Origin: an uncultured Nitrospiraceae bacterium
GTDB lineage: Bacteria > Nitrospirota > Nitrospiria > Nitrospirales > Nitrospiraceae
Length of the DNA: 64,000 nt
Reading direction: 5' to 3'
NCBI GenBank assembly: GCA_963730935.1
Contig: CAVSTP010000004.1
Location: 768,001-832,000 of the forward strand
Each line of letters starts with the position of its first letter. Position 1 is the stretch's first letter. Made by a program: the position numbers and the translations under genes. Positions 51,149-62,056 of the stretch are shown piece by piece. The notes under the pieces are model-generated. The model saw nothing but the letters and a program-made list of their open reading frames with translations. It made no database searches and was not told where the DNA came from.

Positions 51149-51631
51149 TTATCCGCGGCGTGCCACCTCGATTGCGGCGATGTCGATTTTTGTCATCTCC
51201 ATCATCGCATCGAAGGCGCGTTTGGCGGCGGCGGGATCCGGATCAGTTATCGCTTCCGTCAGCGCCACCGGCGTAATCTGCCAGGACAAGCCCCATTTGT
51301 CCTTGCACCAGCCGCACGCACTCTCTTCGCCGCCGTTGCCGACGATCGCGTTCCAGTAACGATCTGTTTCTTCCTGGTCGGCGGTTGCGACTTGAAACGA
51401 AAACGCTTCATTGTGCTTGAATGCCGGTCCACCATTGAGCCCAAGGCAGGGAATTCCCAATACGATAAACTCGACTGTCAACACATCGCCTTTCTTGCCG
51501 GACGGAAAGTCTCCCGGTGCTGTGTACACCGCGCCAACGGATGAATCGGGAAACGTCTTGGCATAAAACTGTGCCGCCTCCTCGGCCTCGCCATCGTACC
51601 AAAGGCAAATCGTGTTCTTTGCTGGCTTCAT
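51149..51631 (-). CDS. VOC family protein (PhnB / 3-demethylubiquinone-9 3-methyltransferase-like)
   Basis: TICLWYDGEAEEAA, LNGGPAF, DQEETDRYW, CGWCKDKWGLSWQI. Confidence 0.93.
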   Translation of the reverse strand: MKPAKNTICLWYDGEAEEAAQFYAKTFPDSSVGAVYTAPGDFPSGKKGDVLTVEFIVLGIPCLGLNGGPAFKHNEAFSFQVATADQEETDRYWNAIVGNGGEESACGWCKDKWGLSWQITPVALTEAITDPDPAAAKRAFDAMMEMTKIDIAAIEVARRG

Positions 51632-52006
51632 ATCACTTCTCCATGTGATGAGCCGCCCGACGACGGAGTAAATCGCAGTCGGACATCAGCTCCACGAATC
51701 GATTGCGCTAGGATGATTACTGGAGTCTACTCCATGAAACTGGGAAAGAAAAAGGGGACAGGCTACTTTTCTAAGTGTTTAAATAATGTTCAGGAAGCAT
51801 CTGTCGGCGCGTGACAGGCCGGCTCGTTCGTCGCCTCCCCGCCCCCTCACCGCTCATCGCACCTCACACCGCGATAGACCCCCGCCCACGTGAAAACGTA
51901 AAATGATTGGATTTCTTCAACCGATTTTCAGCGTACCCCTCTGCAAATTGCGCGGTTCAGCCGATCTTGCTACAGCGGATGGAGCCAAGGTGTCTTCTTG
52001 GCCATG

Positions 52007-52552
52007 TCATTGGTGTATGGCATGCCCAACCATCATGCCAATGCTAGTTTTGCCGGTCGGCAATTTGGCGCCCTCGGGCCATAGTGAAAAGATGATTCCG
52101 TCGGTCTTGGCAACCGTGTCCGCAAACTCCTTGGCCTTATCGGGGGACATATCCAGTATCTTGATGTTCCCTATGACGCCCTCCACGGAATGATCATGCC
52201 AAACCTTTTTCCAAACCTTTTTGGGAAGGACCTTCTCGTCGCGAGTCACAGTCTTGGCGACAATGTACTCCACTCCGATGAGTTTCGCGTCGTTGTCATC
52301 CGTCTCGTAGAGAAGACACTCAATGAACGGCTCAGGAGAGACGATCTTGCAATAGTGATGGAATGGCCCTCGTACCTTACCATCGATCAAGTGCGGGGCC
52401 GTGACGTGGATGACATGCCCGTCCGCGGGAGTCGCTTTCGCGGCAGTTTCCGGTGCAGCTGGGGAGGCAGGAGGCGACTCTTGAGCTTGTGAAAGTCCCA
52501 CCGCGATTACAAGGATGAAACAAGAGTTTAGAATGCTCAGTGTCTTTGTCAT
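52007..52552 (-). CDS. DUF1264 (OBAP-like) secreted protein
   Basis: Signal peptide, PFHHYCK, ECLLYE...AKLIGVEY, WHDH. Confidence 0.8.
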   Translation of the reverse strand: MTKTLSILNSCFILVIAVGLSQAQESPPASPAAPETAAKATPADGHVIHVTAPHLIDGKVRGPFHHYCKIVSPEPFIECLLYETDDNDAKLIGVEYIVAKTVTRDEKVLPKKVWKKVWHDHSVEGVIGNIKILDMSPDKAKEFADTVAKTDGIIFSLWPEGAKLPTGKTSIGMMVGHAIHQ

Positions 52553-52923
52553 GGCACCCTCCTTTCCTAAGACAGGTACTCCAGCTTACGAAAACAGCAC
52601 AAGACAGGCAAATGCCTGCAGCGCGGTGGGAGCGCACAGCGGTTTCCTAAGCCTTTCGGATAAGAGATTGTGCTTCTGCGGCTCAACAGCCTGGGAGAAG
52701 AGAAACGGAAATTCTACTTTTTCGCGGCGCATAGCGGGCCGGTCCCGTCCTCGCCTTCCCCCCTCGCATGCCCATTCTCACCGCTCAGCTTCTTCACACA
52801 GCGATAGCCAGGGCCCGACCTGGACGTAGCATCTCTCGCTCTCGTGATATATGATTCGCACGTCGCTAGAGCAGACGTGCGGCATGTCATCGTGTTCGTG
52901 CTCGAAGGAAAGGATATGTTCCC

Positions 52924-53736
52924 ATGAATCCAAACAAAGCACTTTGGGAAAAAGGCGACTTTACTCGCATTGCGGAGACTATGAGAGAGAGCGGAGAGGC
53001 ACTCGCCAGGGGACTCGGCATCACACAAGGGATCAAAGTCTTGGACCTCGGATGCGGCGATGGAACAACGGCATTACCTGAGGCGAGACTCGGAGCAGAC
53101 GTGTTGGGTGTTGATATCGCGAGCAACCTGGTTGCGGCTGGGAACAAACGTGCACAGGAGCAGGGCCTCACGAACTGCAAGTTTCAGGAAGGCGATGCGT
53201 CCACTTTGCACGAATTGAAAGATGATACGTTTGATCTTGTCGTGAGCATTTTTGGAGCCATGTTCGCCCCAAGGCCGTTTGATGTGGCCAAGGAGATGGT
53301 ACGCGTGACCCGGCCCGGAGGTCAGATCATTATGGGGAACTGGATTCCCAACGATCCGACATTGGTCGCACAAATCTTGAAAATCAGTTCCTCGTACTCG
53401 CCCCCACCGCCGGAAGGCTTCGTCAGTCCTATGACGTGGGGAATCGAAAACACCGTGATCGAGCGATTTGCAGGCGCGGGGATTCCAAAAGAGAAGATCT
53501 CTTTTGTGAAAGACACGTTTACCTTCAACTATTCCGGCACACCATCCGATCTGCTTGGTGTATTCAGAAGATACTATGGGCCAACCATGAATGCGTTTGA
53601 AGCGGCAGAAAAGAATGGTCGGGCCGGTAATTTACAGAAGGAGCTGGAAGTTCTGTTCAATAGTCAAAACACAAGCCCACGCAAGGATGCCACTTCTATT
53701 CCTGCGTCCTTCTTGCGCGTCACTGTTTGCGTATAG
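52924..53736 (+). CDS. Class I SAM-dependent methyltransferase
   Basis: VLDLGCGDG, FDLVVSIFGAMFAP, VTRPGG, YYGPT. Confidence 0.93.
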   Translation: MNPNKALWEKGDFTRIAETMRESGEALARGLGITQGIKVLDLGCGDGTTALPEARLGADVLGVDIASNLVAAGNKRAQEQGLTNCKFQEGDASTLHELKDDTFDLVVSIFGAMFAPRPFDVAKEMVRVTRPGGQIIMGNWIPNDPTLVAQILKISSSYSPPPPEGFVSPMTWGIENTVIERFAGAGIPKEKISFVKDTFTFNYSGTPSDLLGVFRRYYGPTMNAFEAAEKNGRAGNLQKELEVLFNSQNTSPRKDATSIPASFLRVTVCV

Positions 53737-53929
53737 TGGCCCAGAAAACCTGAGTACAAATCAGGGGCAGTTCTTGACCTTGCACCTCGGACGAAACCGA
53801 TAGACGGGACTGAACAACCATTTCGCTACGCGTGGCGGACTTGTCTCTAAACACTGCCGTCCGCCACCTATGGGGTCTATGCTAGGGAATACAGAACCAG
53901 TCAAGAACCGAGGGACAAAGGGTGATCTG

Positions 53930-54493
53930 ATGAATCAACAATCTCGCAATGGACATACTCACGGCTGGACGAGACTGGGCTTCTGTCTCGCTGTCCTGCT
54001 ATGCGGAGCGGCTATCGGATCTGCAGAGGAAACGCCAGTTCCTCCGCCTCCAAAAGACACACCGCCTCTAGAAGGTGGTGACGTGCAGGAGCGAGGCGTC
54101 ACAAAGGGCGACGTTGGGAATTTGAAGGACAAAATGCTTCAGCAGAAACTTCAGCCTCAGCCAGGAGGAACTCCTCCCCCACAGCTCTGCCACACCGAGA
54201 CTCGGATGATGACGCAGTGCAAGTGTTTCAATCAGGCGGAGTGCCAACCGCTTTCGGCGCTGTTTCCCAATCCCTGCCCGCCGGGCAGCCAGCATTGCGA
54301 ATTCGTGCCGATGGCACGAGGTACCCTGCCTCCGTTGCCACCGAATCTCTGTGGATATCAAGTGCCTTGGACCTTCACCCAGTGCTCGTGCCACAACCAA
54401 ACCGAATGCCAATTACTCTCACCTTTTTGTCCTGGCTCCTGCCCAGCTGGAAGCCAGAGCTGCAATTGCACACCCTTACGTAGAGGAAATTGA
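53930..54493 (+). CDS. Secreted Pro/Cys-rich protein with two internal repeats
   Basis: Signal peptide; LC..TQCKCFNQAECQ..CPPGSQHC / LC..TQCSCHNQTECQ..CPAGSQSC. Confidence 0.75.
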   Translation: MNQQSRNGHTHGWTRLGFCLAVLLCGAAIGSAEETPVPPPPKDTPPLEGGDVQERGVTKGDVGNLKDKMLQQKLQPQPGGTPPPQLCHTETRMMTQCKCFNQAECQPLSALFPNPCPPGSQHCEFVPMARGTLPPLPPNLCGYQVPWTFTQCSCHNQTECQLLSPFCPGSCPAGSQSCNCTPLRRGN

Positions 54494-54731
54494 TCGGATG
54501 GAATGATCGCCTGAAATAGCCGTGGCCTTGCCCATGCTGCCGTATGCGCAAGAAAAAGGCGTCAGGACCATTTCGCGGGGCGGGCCGGCGCGTTCCTCAC
54601 CTCGCCCATCCCCACCGCTGATCGCACCTCACACCGCGATAGACCCCGCCCACGTGAAAACGTAGAATGTCCTGCTTCCTTCGACCGAAGTCAGACTCGT
54701 TGAGAATGCAACCCTCAGAGATCATGCAATC

Positions 54732-55568
54732 GTGAGCCGAAAACTCGAACTGATTCGTGAGGAAAAGCTCTTCCGCCTGCTGCCGGGCAGGACGAAGCAC
54801 AGCCGACTGGAGGCCAGCGGGGTCGCGCTGATCGACGACAACACAGCACTGGTGGTATTCGACAATCTCAATCACGTGGCGCGCATCGATCTTTCGCTCA
54901 AACGCCATACAAGCAACGCGCTTCTACCCGCGCCAAGCCTGGGATCGGGATTCGAGGACATCGGCATCGATCACCGGCACCGCCGGGTATTCTGTCTCAT
55001 CGAGTCGGTGGAGGACTGCGACGGACTCCTCCGCGGATTTGTCGCCGAGTACGATCAAGGCGGCCGGTTCATCCGCTGTTCTCGACTTCCTGCCCGCCTG
55101 GCAAAGGCCAACAAGGGCTTCGAAGGTCTCGAGCACGTGTGGCGGGGCAGCCGGGAGTATCTGTACGCCCTCTGTGAGGCAACTCCCAAGCTGGGCAAGG
55201 GGCGCATCGAGGTCTTCGTTCGCGCCCGGAACAGCGAATGGAAGGCCTCGCACCGTATCCAATTGCCCCAAAAGGCCGAGTTCGAGGACTATGCTGCAAT
55301 GTCGTATCGCGCCCGGAAGCTCGCCGTGGTCTCCCAGGCTTCCGCCCGAGTGTGGGTTGCTGAGATCGATGAAAAGGCCCGTGCGGTGGTACCGGGGTCG
55401 CAGGCCGTCTACCGCTTCCCTAGCAAGCGCTACGGCAACGTCGAGGGAATTGCCTGGCTCGCTCCGGACACCCTGGTAGCCGTCTCCGACCGAACGAAGA
55501 AACAACAGCCCGATCGCTGCTCAGACAAGGATCAAAGCATCCATCTATTTCGGATCCCAGCGGGTTAA
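54732..55568 (+). CDS. Hypothetical beta-propeller-like protein
   Basis: Repeated EASGV / GFEDI / GFEGL / NVEGI blade motifs. Confidence 0.7.
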   Translation: MSRKLELIREEKLFRLLPGRTKHSRLEASGVALIDDNTALVVFDNLNHVARIDLSLKRHTSNALLPAPSLGSGFEDIGIDHRHRRVFCLIESVEDCDGLLRGFVAEYDQGGRFIRCSRLPARLAKANKGFEGLEHVWRGSREYLYALCEATPKLGKGRIEVFVRARNSEWKASHRIQLPQKAEFEDYAAMSYRARKLAVVSQASARVWVAEIDEKARAVVPGSQAVYRFPSKRYGNVEGIAWLAPDTLVAVSDRTKKQQPDRCSDKDQSIHLFRIPAG

Positions 55569-55692
55569 GGAGCAAGAAAAGGGGACAGTCTACTTTTCTG
55601 CATGAGAAAAGGTGTCAGGACCCATTTCTCGGCGCCTGGCGGGCGGCTTGTTCCCGCGAGACAAACGCATGGATTGAAGGAACGGAACGACG

Positions 55693-56658
55693 ATGCCTCC
55701 ATTTCCAAAGCCATCATTTAGTTTTTCTTACCAAGTACAGACTGAGATCACAGCGCTTCGCCGTCACAAGGCAAAACCAGACCGGTTGATTCCCACCAAG
55801 ACCACAAATCGTCTGCTCCTTGCGACCTGGAATATTGCCAATCTTGGGGTGCAGGAGCGGCGCAGCCAGGATTATCAACTGATCGCCGAAATGATCAGTT
55901 GGTTTGATATCGTGGCTATTCAAGAAGTGAATGACAATCTCATCGGCCTTAGAGGAATTCAACAACATCTGCCTACGATGATGCGCACGCTATTTTCCGA
56001 CGAGGCGGGTAACAACGAGCGAATGGCATTTATCTATGACTCCACAAAAGTCACCCTGCGAGAAAAGGTTGGAGAGATCGCCATTCCTCCCAGTGAGAGT
56101 CGGTACATCACACTGCCGGGCATTAACCAGAAGTTTGATGGGTTTGATCGCAATCCTTACATGGCTGCGTTTCAGGCAGGGAATTTCCAATTCCTGCTCA
56201 TCAATGTCCATCTTTACTATGGGAGCGATTCAGCAGTATCGATGAACCGTCGAAGTTTAGAAACTTTTGCCGTGGCTCGGTGGGCGGACAATCGCAGAAA
56301 GAGTCCCAACTGCTACTGCCAAGACATCATCGCGCTGGGGGATTTCAATCTTCCAAAAACCAAGCCAAACGATCCGATCTTCGATGCTCTCACAAGTCGC
56401 GGCCTTCACCTCCCTGAGCATACGTCAGAAGTTGGATCGAGCATCGCCTCTGACAATCATTATGACCAAATTGCCTTTTTCCCTGGTCAGACAAGCCAGG
56501 AGTACACCGGCAATACCGGCATCTTCGACTTTGATACTGCAGTGTTTTCGACATTATATGGCACAAATCCCAACCCGAATCAGAAGCAACAATTTTTCGC
56601 TTATGTCCGATACTATCTTTCGGATCATCGCATTATGTGGGCGGAATTCAGGACCTAA
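55693..56658 (+). CDS. Endonuclease/exonuclease/phosphatase family protein
   Basis: ATWNI, DIVAIQEV, NVHL, LGDFN, YDQI, SDH motifs. Confidence 0.92.
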   Translation: MPPFPKPSFSFSYQVQTEITALRRHKAKPDRLIPTKTTNRLLLATWNIANLGVQERRSQDYQLIAEMISWFDIVAIQEVNDNLIGLRGIQQHLPTMMRTLFSDEAGNNERMAFIYDSTKVTLREKVGEIAIPPSESRYITLPGINQKFDGFDRNPYMAAFQAGNFQFLLINVHLYYGSDSAVSMNRRSLETFAVARWADNRRKSPNCYCQDIIALGDFNLPKTKPNDPIFDALTSRGLHLPEHTSEVGSSIASDNHYDQIAFFPGQTSQEYTGNTGIFDFDTAVFSTLYGTNPNPNQKQQFFAYVRYYLSDHRIMWAEFRT

Positions 56659-56880
56659 CGATTGTCCGCGGTCGTTTTGCTCCTTGAAAAGAGAAAAGGG
56701 ACATTCTACTTTTCCAGAAAGACCCATTAACAACCATTTCCCGGCGCATGACGGACCGGCTTTGAATCACTACCCTCTCCTGACCGATCTTTCCATCGCG
56801 TCAGCAATAATCAACGATGGCTACATCAGTTTCATGACTCGCCATCATCCAGATCCTCTAATACTTTCCACTCGCCATCC

Positions 56881-58041
56881 CTAGAATGGCATAAACTCGA
56901 AGTTCTGCGGAACAACGGGAGGCACCTCTATTTTGGGACGTTGAGGAGGACCAGGCGGCGATGGCCGTTCCCCGAGCGTGACATCAAGTGTGTGTGCCTC
57001 ACCATCTCGATGGACCTTGAGCGTAACGGACTGCTCCGCTTTCAGTTGCTTGAAGACCTTGGCATACTGCCCGCTAGTCTTAACGTCCTGCCCATTGATG
57101 CTCACGATAATATCCCCGCCCAAGACCCATGGTTCTCCCTCAATGGTCACATCCAATTCACCGGCGCGGAGTCCGACCCTTCGGGCGGGACTTCCTTCTT
57201 CTACATCGATGATGAGCAAGCCCCCTACAAGAGGCAACGCAATGAGATTGCGCAATTCGTCGGTCACAAATTTTCCTTTAATGCCTAGCCAAGGTCGGAT
57301 CACGCGGCCATGGGCCCGCAGTTCTGGCAGAACAGCTTTCACGGTATTGATCGGAATGGCAAACCCGATGTTCTGCGCTCCCAGCAAAATGGCGGAGTTG
57401 ATGCCGACCACGCGGTCCTCCGAATCGACGAGCGGACCGCCGCTGTTCCCGGGATTAAAAGGGGCCGTCGTTTGAATGACCCGGTCTTGGAACACTTCCT
57501 GTTTGGTCTCAAAGAGTTTGCCGAATCCACTTACAATGCCTGTTGAAAAGGCATAGCCAAGCCCAAACGGATGTCCAATAGCGAGGACTTTTTGGCCGAT
57601 TTCGAGTTTGTCGGAATCCCCAAGATGAGCAGGAGCATATTGCCCTTTCGGGAGGGTGACCTGGAGCAAGGCGACATCGGTTTGCGGATCGCTTCCGATC
57701 AGCTCTGCCGGCAGACGAGTCCCATCATGTAATGTCACGGTGATTCCAGCTGCTCCTTCCACGACGTGTGCATTGGTGACAATTGCGCCTCTTTCATCGA
57801 TCAGAATCCCGGAACCGAGACCTTTGTCCGATGCGTGAGCGATGTGATGGGAGCTGACGTAGGCTGAGGCCACCAAGACGGTGGATTTCGCCATCTGCTT
57901 ATAGACCCTCACGCTGTTCACTTCCTCCGGCGTGACCAAGGCGGCACCGAGCAAGCTTGGTATTCCCGTGCAGACGGTCAGCACTAGACAAGCGACAAAC
58001 CAGCTAAGGAGCGAGCTCATAGAATTGCAGCACTGTCTCAT
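56881..58041 (-). CDS. HtrA/DegP-like trypsin protease with PDZ domain
   Basis: VTNAHVV, TDVALL, NPGNSGGPL, C-terminal PDZ; AAGGAG RBS before ATG 58041. Confidence 0.93.
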   Translation of the reverse strand: MRQCCNSMSSLLSWFVACLVLTVCTGIPSLLGAALVTPEEVNSVRVYKQMAKSTVLVASAYVSSHHIAHASDKGLGSGILIDERGAIVTNAHVVEGAAGITVTLHDGTRLPAELIGSDPQTDVALLQVTLPKGQYAPAHLGDSDKLEIGQKVLAIGHPFGLGYAFSTGIVSGFGKLFETKQEVFQDRVIQTTAPFNPGNSGGPLVDSEDRVVGINSAILLGAQNIGFAIPINTVKAVLPELRAHGRVIRPWLGIKGKFVTDELRNLIALPLVGGLLIIDVEEGSPARRVGLRAGELDVTIEGEPWVLGGDIIVSINGQDVKTSGQYAKVFKQLKAEQSVTLKVHRDGEAHTLDVTLGERPSPPGPPQRPKIEVPPVVPQNFEFMPF

Positions 58042-58305
58042 CGAGGTCTCCTTCCTTGGAGAACAAGGCGGGTGGCATCTTAGTACACAGTCGCGCCAAG
58101 ACTCGAAAAGGTTACACGGCATGAGCTACATTTTTGGTTTCTGGAGGTCTTTGGAGTTGGGAACCTATGGCAGTTCCCTGTCAAATCCTGCAGATATACA
58201 TGTGATGCGTGGCGGGCTGGGTTAAATTTGTGGGACCGATGAGGTTTTACGTCCGAACCAGAGAGGTCGCTCTTTATTCACCGTGCTCAATCGCGTGTGT
58301 AGTCC

Positions 58306-58725
58306 CTACGGGCCATTCACCCACCACTGAAGTTTCAATCGGGGCCGGATGTACGGGATGCCCCATGACCGAATAGAGAGCCGCCAACAATGATCGCTGC
58401 CGCCAATGACTGCAATGAATGTGCGTTCGTCAATCCATTTGATGTCCTGAAGCAAGAATGTTTCGTACATCCAGCCGAGCCACCGACACGATATCAGCCG
58501 CAAGGGCTCTTTGCTGATGAAGGCGAAATTCGTGATCTCTTCGAACGGGCAATCGTAATCGGTGATGAGAATGTAGCCGTCCGATGTCTCGAACTGGCTT
58601 AACAATACGTACCCGGGCAACGAAAGCTTGGTACGCTTGCCATCCAAAAACAGGCGGGAACGGAGTGGCCAAGTCTCATATTCGCCGTCGTGCTTCTCCA
58701 GCGTAAATCGGTTGATCGGCTTCAT
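58306..58725 (-). CDS. Hypothetical protein
   Basis: 139 aa ORF adjacent to an R4 copy (ITDYDCPFEE motif). Confidence 0.65.
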   Translation of the reverse strand: MKPINRFTLEKHDGEYETWPLRSRLFLDGKRTKLSLPGYVLLSQFETSDGYILITDYDCPFEEITNFAFISKEPLRLISCRWLGWMYETFLLQDIKWIDERTFIAVIGGSDHCWRLSIRSWGIPYIRPRLKLQWWVNGP

Positions 58726-59097
58726 ATATCAATTATAGCGAGAGCATGGCGGACCGGCTCGTTGCTCGCCTCTCCGCCACCTTCACCGCCCATCGCACCT
58801 CACACCGCGATAGACCCCGCCCCCATGAAAACGTAACATGTTCTGGTTTCTGACGCGTGCCGGACCGGTCTTATTGCCTGCTCTCCGTTGAACCTGTCCT
58901 TTTCACTCGCTGACATACAATCATCATGCCGGTTTTATCTTTCCTTATGCATTGACAGGGGAAACGTACTTACTGTCAATTCTGACAGTTTCCTTCGACC
59001 CACTCAGTCCTTACACTTCGTACGCATCAGTTTATATGTTGCTCTGAGATGTTCGTGTCCGAGTTGAGCGACACACATTAAGAGAGGAGACACTCTC

Positions 59098-59520
59098 ATG
59101 AGACGACTTGTTGTATTGCTGTTTTCAGTTGCGATGGTATCAGGCGCTGTCGCTGCCAGCGCCGAAACGTCTACACCGACCGACACGCCTCCCGCCAAAC
59201 TGATCGTGGACCCTCCAGTTCCTGACCTTCTGGCTCAGGGCATCGTCTGGATCACGTGGCGAGCGGAGAACGTAAACATCGGACCGGAGTCCGGCAAAGA
59301 CGCCCTCAACGCATCTCCACGGGTTGGACATCTGCACATACACGTTGACGACCTGCCATGGTTGTGGGCGCACATGAGTACTGCCCCGATCGACGTGGCC
59401 TTGTTGCCGCCCGGCCCGCACAAGATCAGAATCGAATTGGTGAATGCCATCCATCAAGGCGTCCCCGAGCAGTCAAAGACAGTGACGTTCACCATTCCTG
59501 AGGGAGCGCATCCTCACTGA
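59098..59520 (+). CDS. DUF6130-like secreted protein
   Basis: Signal peptide, PPAKLIVDPP, SPRVGHLHIHVDDLPWLWA, LPPGPHKIRIEL. Confidence 0.8.
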   Translation: MRRLVVLLFSVAMVSGAVAASAETSTPTDTPPAKLIVDPPVPDLLAQGIVWITWRAENVNIGPESGKDALNASPRVGHLHIHVDDLPWLWAHMSTAPIDVALLPPGPHKIRIELVNAIHQGVPEQSKTVTFTIPEGAHPH

Positions 59521-59569
59521 AGGTCGTGGAAACTCTAGCGCAACGTCTGGCGCAAAGGCGGGATGTTGG

Positions 59570-60484
59570 ATGGTTGATATCGGCCCGATACTTGTAACCG
59601 GCGCAGCGGGTCAACTCGGGGCGGTTGGCAGAACCGTGACTAGCCTTCTCCTCGATAGAGGTATTCCGGTTCGCGCCATGGTCCGCCGCGAGGACGAGCG
59701 GGCCGCTGCTTTGCGAGCCGCAGGCGCCGAGGTGGTGGTTGGAAACCTGCTCGAACCGGCCGACGTCTATCGAGTCGTGAAAGGCTGCCAGCGCGTCTAT
59801 TTCAGTATGTCTGTGTCTCCAGGGTATTTAGAGGCGGCACTCATCATGGCGGCAGTCGCCCGGGAAGTCCGGGTCAACACCCTGGTCAACATGTCTCAGA
59901 TGACTGTCTCGCAGATGAGCATCCAGAACACAACCCCGAGTCATCAGCAGCGCCAGCACTGGCTTAGCGAACAGGCGTTCATGTGGTCCGGCGTGCCAAT
60001 CGTCACCATCCGGCCAACCATGTTCCTGGAGAGCTTTCTCCCCCTCGCAGGTCCCACGATTCGCGACCGTAGCCGCATCGAGCTGCCATTCGGACGGGGC
60101 AAGACTTCTCCGGTTGCTGCGGCTGATGTGGCCCGCGTCGTCGCTGCCGTCCTCTCTCACCCTGGGCCGCACATCGGCCAGATATACGAACTCACGGGGC
60201 CTCGGTCGCAGGACATGCACGGGGTCGCTCGGGAATTCTCAGATGCACTGAACCGAGACGTCACATACAGTGACATCCCACCAGAGGATTGGGATCGGCA
60301 TCTACAAAACCAGCAAGTGCCGGAGCATCTCGCCCTGCACCTGATGACGATGGCCGAGTTGCACCGAGCCGGTCGGTATGACCGGATGGCTGACGGCGTG
60401 CAGCTGGTGACTGGCCTGCCAGCAATGAGCATCCGGGAATTCGTGTCGCTTCACGCGGATAAGTTCGGCGGTCGTCGATCTTAA
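59570..60484 (+). CDS. NmrA-like NAD(P)H-binding protein
   Basis: ILVTGAAGQLG, VRAMVR, IRPTMF, VAAADVARV, YELTGP. Confidence 0.9.
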   Translation: MVDIGPILVTGAAGQLGAVGRTVTSLLLDRGIPVRAMVRREDERAAALRAAGAEVVVGNLLEPADVYRVVKGCQRVYFSMSVSPGYLEAALIMAAVAREVRVNTLVNMSQMTVSQMSIQNTTPSHQQRQHWLSEQAFMWSGVPIVTIRPTMFLESFLPLAGPTIRDRSRIELPFGRGKTSPVAAADVARVVAAVLSHPGPHIGQIYELTGPRSQDMHGVAREFSDALNRDVTYSDIPPEDWDRHLQNQQVPEHLALHLMTMAELHRAGRYDRMADGVQLVTGLPAMSIREFVSLHADKFGGRRS

Positions 60485-60796
60485 CGATCACTAATAAGAA
60501 GTCATCAGGAACCATTAGGAGGCGCGTGGCGGCCAATCTCACGGTCTTCCCCTCTGCGATGGACTGAGGCGATCCAGCGAAGTAGAATATCCTCCGCTGC
60601 CGCACCTTTCTTGTTCTCATCGCACCGAACTCTGATGTGCATGGAGGCTGTCATGAGGAGGACGTTCGTCATTTCGCGGCGCGTGGGGGACGGCTCGTTC
60701 CTCGCCTCCCCGCCCTGCTCGCTCATCGCACCTCACACCGTAATAGACCCCGCCCCACGAAACATGTCCTAGATTCTTCGACCGAAGGCATGACAT

Positions 60797-61090
60797 TTAC
60801 GTCAGCTCACCGACAATCCCACGAAACTCGTCCTCGGTAAAAGCCTTCACCGTCTGCGTTCGGAGATTGCCTTGCGAGCCAAGCCAAAGTAGATGTTTTG
60901 CAAGAGTTGCATCATTGGGCACGTCGACAATGGCCAACATGTCATATGATCCCGTAGTGAGATAAAATGCTTTGATTTCTCCGCCCATTTCCTTCAGCTT
61001 CTTCCTTCCAAGGTCGAGGCGTTTTGCTGATTCTTTCACGCTACGAATACCCTGATCTGTCCACTGTGACTGGATTATATAAGTAGGCAT
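60797..61090 (-). CDS. GYD-domain protein
   Basis: WTDQGIRSVK, FYLTTGSYD, GNLRTQTVKAF; AGGAGG RBS. Confidence 0.9.
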   Translation of the reverse strand: MPTYIIQSQWTDQGIRSVKESAKRLDLGRKKLKEMGGEIKAFYLTTGSYDMLAIVDVPNDATLAKHLLWLGSQGNLRTQTVKAFTEDEFRGIVGELT

Positions 61091-61406
61091 GTGTGACCTC
61101 CTTTGAGTCAGGTTGAAGATGAGGATCGATTGTAGCAGGGTGCCTAGCAAGAAAAGAAATCGTGGCAGAAACCATTTCGCGGGCCGGATCGTTGCTCGCC
61201 TTCCCGCTCCCTCCTCTCACGGTTCATCGCACGTTACACCGCGAGGGGTGGAATCAGTGGAACCAATAGAAATCGGGCAACTAAACCAGCTGCAGATCAA
61301 GCCGTTATAACAATTACCCTGGCACGCTCTTTCTCAACAGAAATTGCTTCAGACAATTAACTCTGTTACTACATTCCCCAATTGTAGTGAGTCTCTTCGG
61401 CAATAC

Positions 61407-61757
61407 ATGAAAAGAGCTATCATTCTGACGAGTATTGTTCTCACAGCGTGTTCTGCAACAGTTCCTGCGACTATGAAGATCGAAAGAAATCAAATCCTGC
61501 GAGGATCTGCGAGCGGGAAGGTAGGGAGGGATGCGGTTATTTCCGTGAACAATATCGAAGGTCTGTCCTGCGCCGGGAAGATGTTTGTTCCGGTCACCGA
61601 AACCACTACTGAAGGCACAATCCAATGTAGCGACAAGCGGAAAGGGAATTTTACCGCGAATGGTAAGGGCGACTCGTGGGCGGGAGAAGGAAAACTGAAC
61701 GATGGATCGAAATTCTTAATTTTGCTTGGAACGAAGAGGACACCGCTAGAGTACTAA
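61407..61757 (+). CDS. Hypothetical lipoprotein
   Basis: MKRAIILTSIVLTAC lipobox; CSDKRKG, GEGKLNDGS. Confidence 0.75.
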   Translation: MKRAIILTSIVLTACSATVPATMKIERNQILRGSASGKVGRDAVISVNNIEGLSCAGKMFVPVTETTTEGTIQCSDKRKGNFTANGKGDSWAGEGKLNDGSKFLILLGTKRTPLEY

Positions 61758-62056
61758 AGCGCGACGCCCTATCGGTTCTCCCGGAACAAGAAAAGGGGAC
61801 AGGCTACTTTTCTAACATATTAAACAGCCATTGCTCGGCGCGTGGCGGAGCCGGCTCGTTCCTCACCCCGCCTCCTCAGCGCTCATCGCACCTCACACTG
61901 CAATAGATCCCGCCCGAATGAAACTAGGGCGTAGAGCCATTGACTCTCTCCTCTAACTTCATCAGAATTTGCCTTTCGCTTCATCATTCATTTAACAAGG
62001 TTTTCACAGCAGTTATCGGAGATTGGCAGGTCCTGGCTCAACAAGGAGGAACTACC

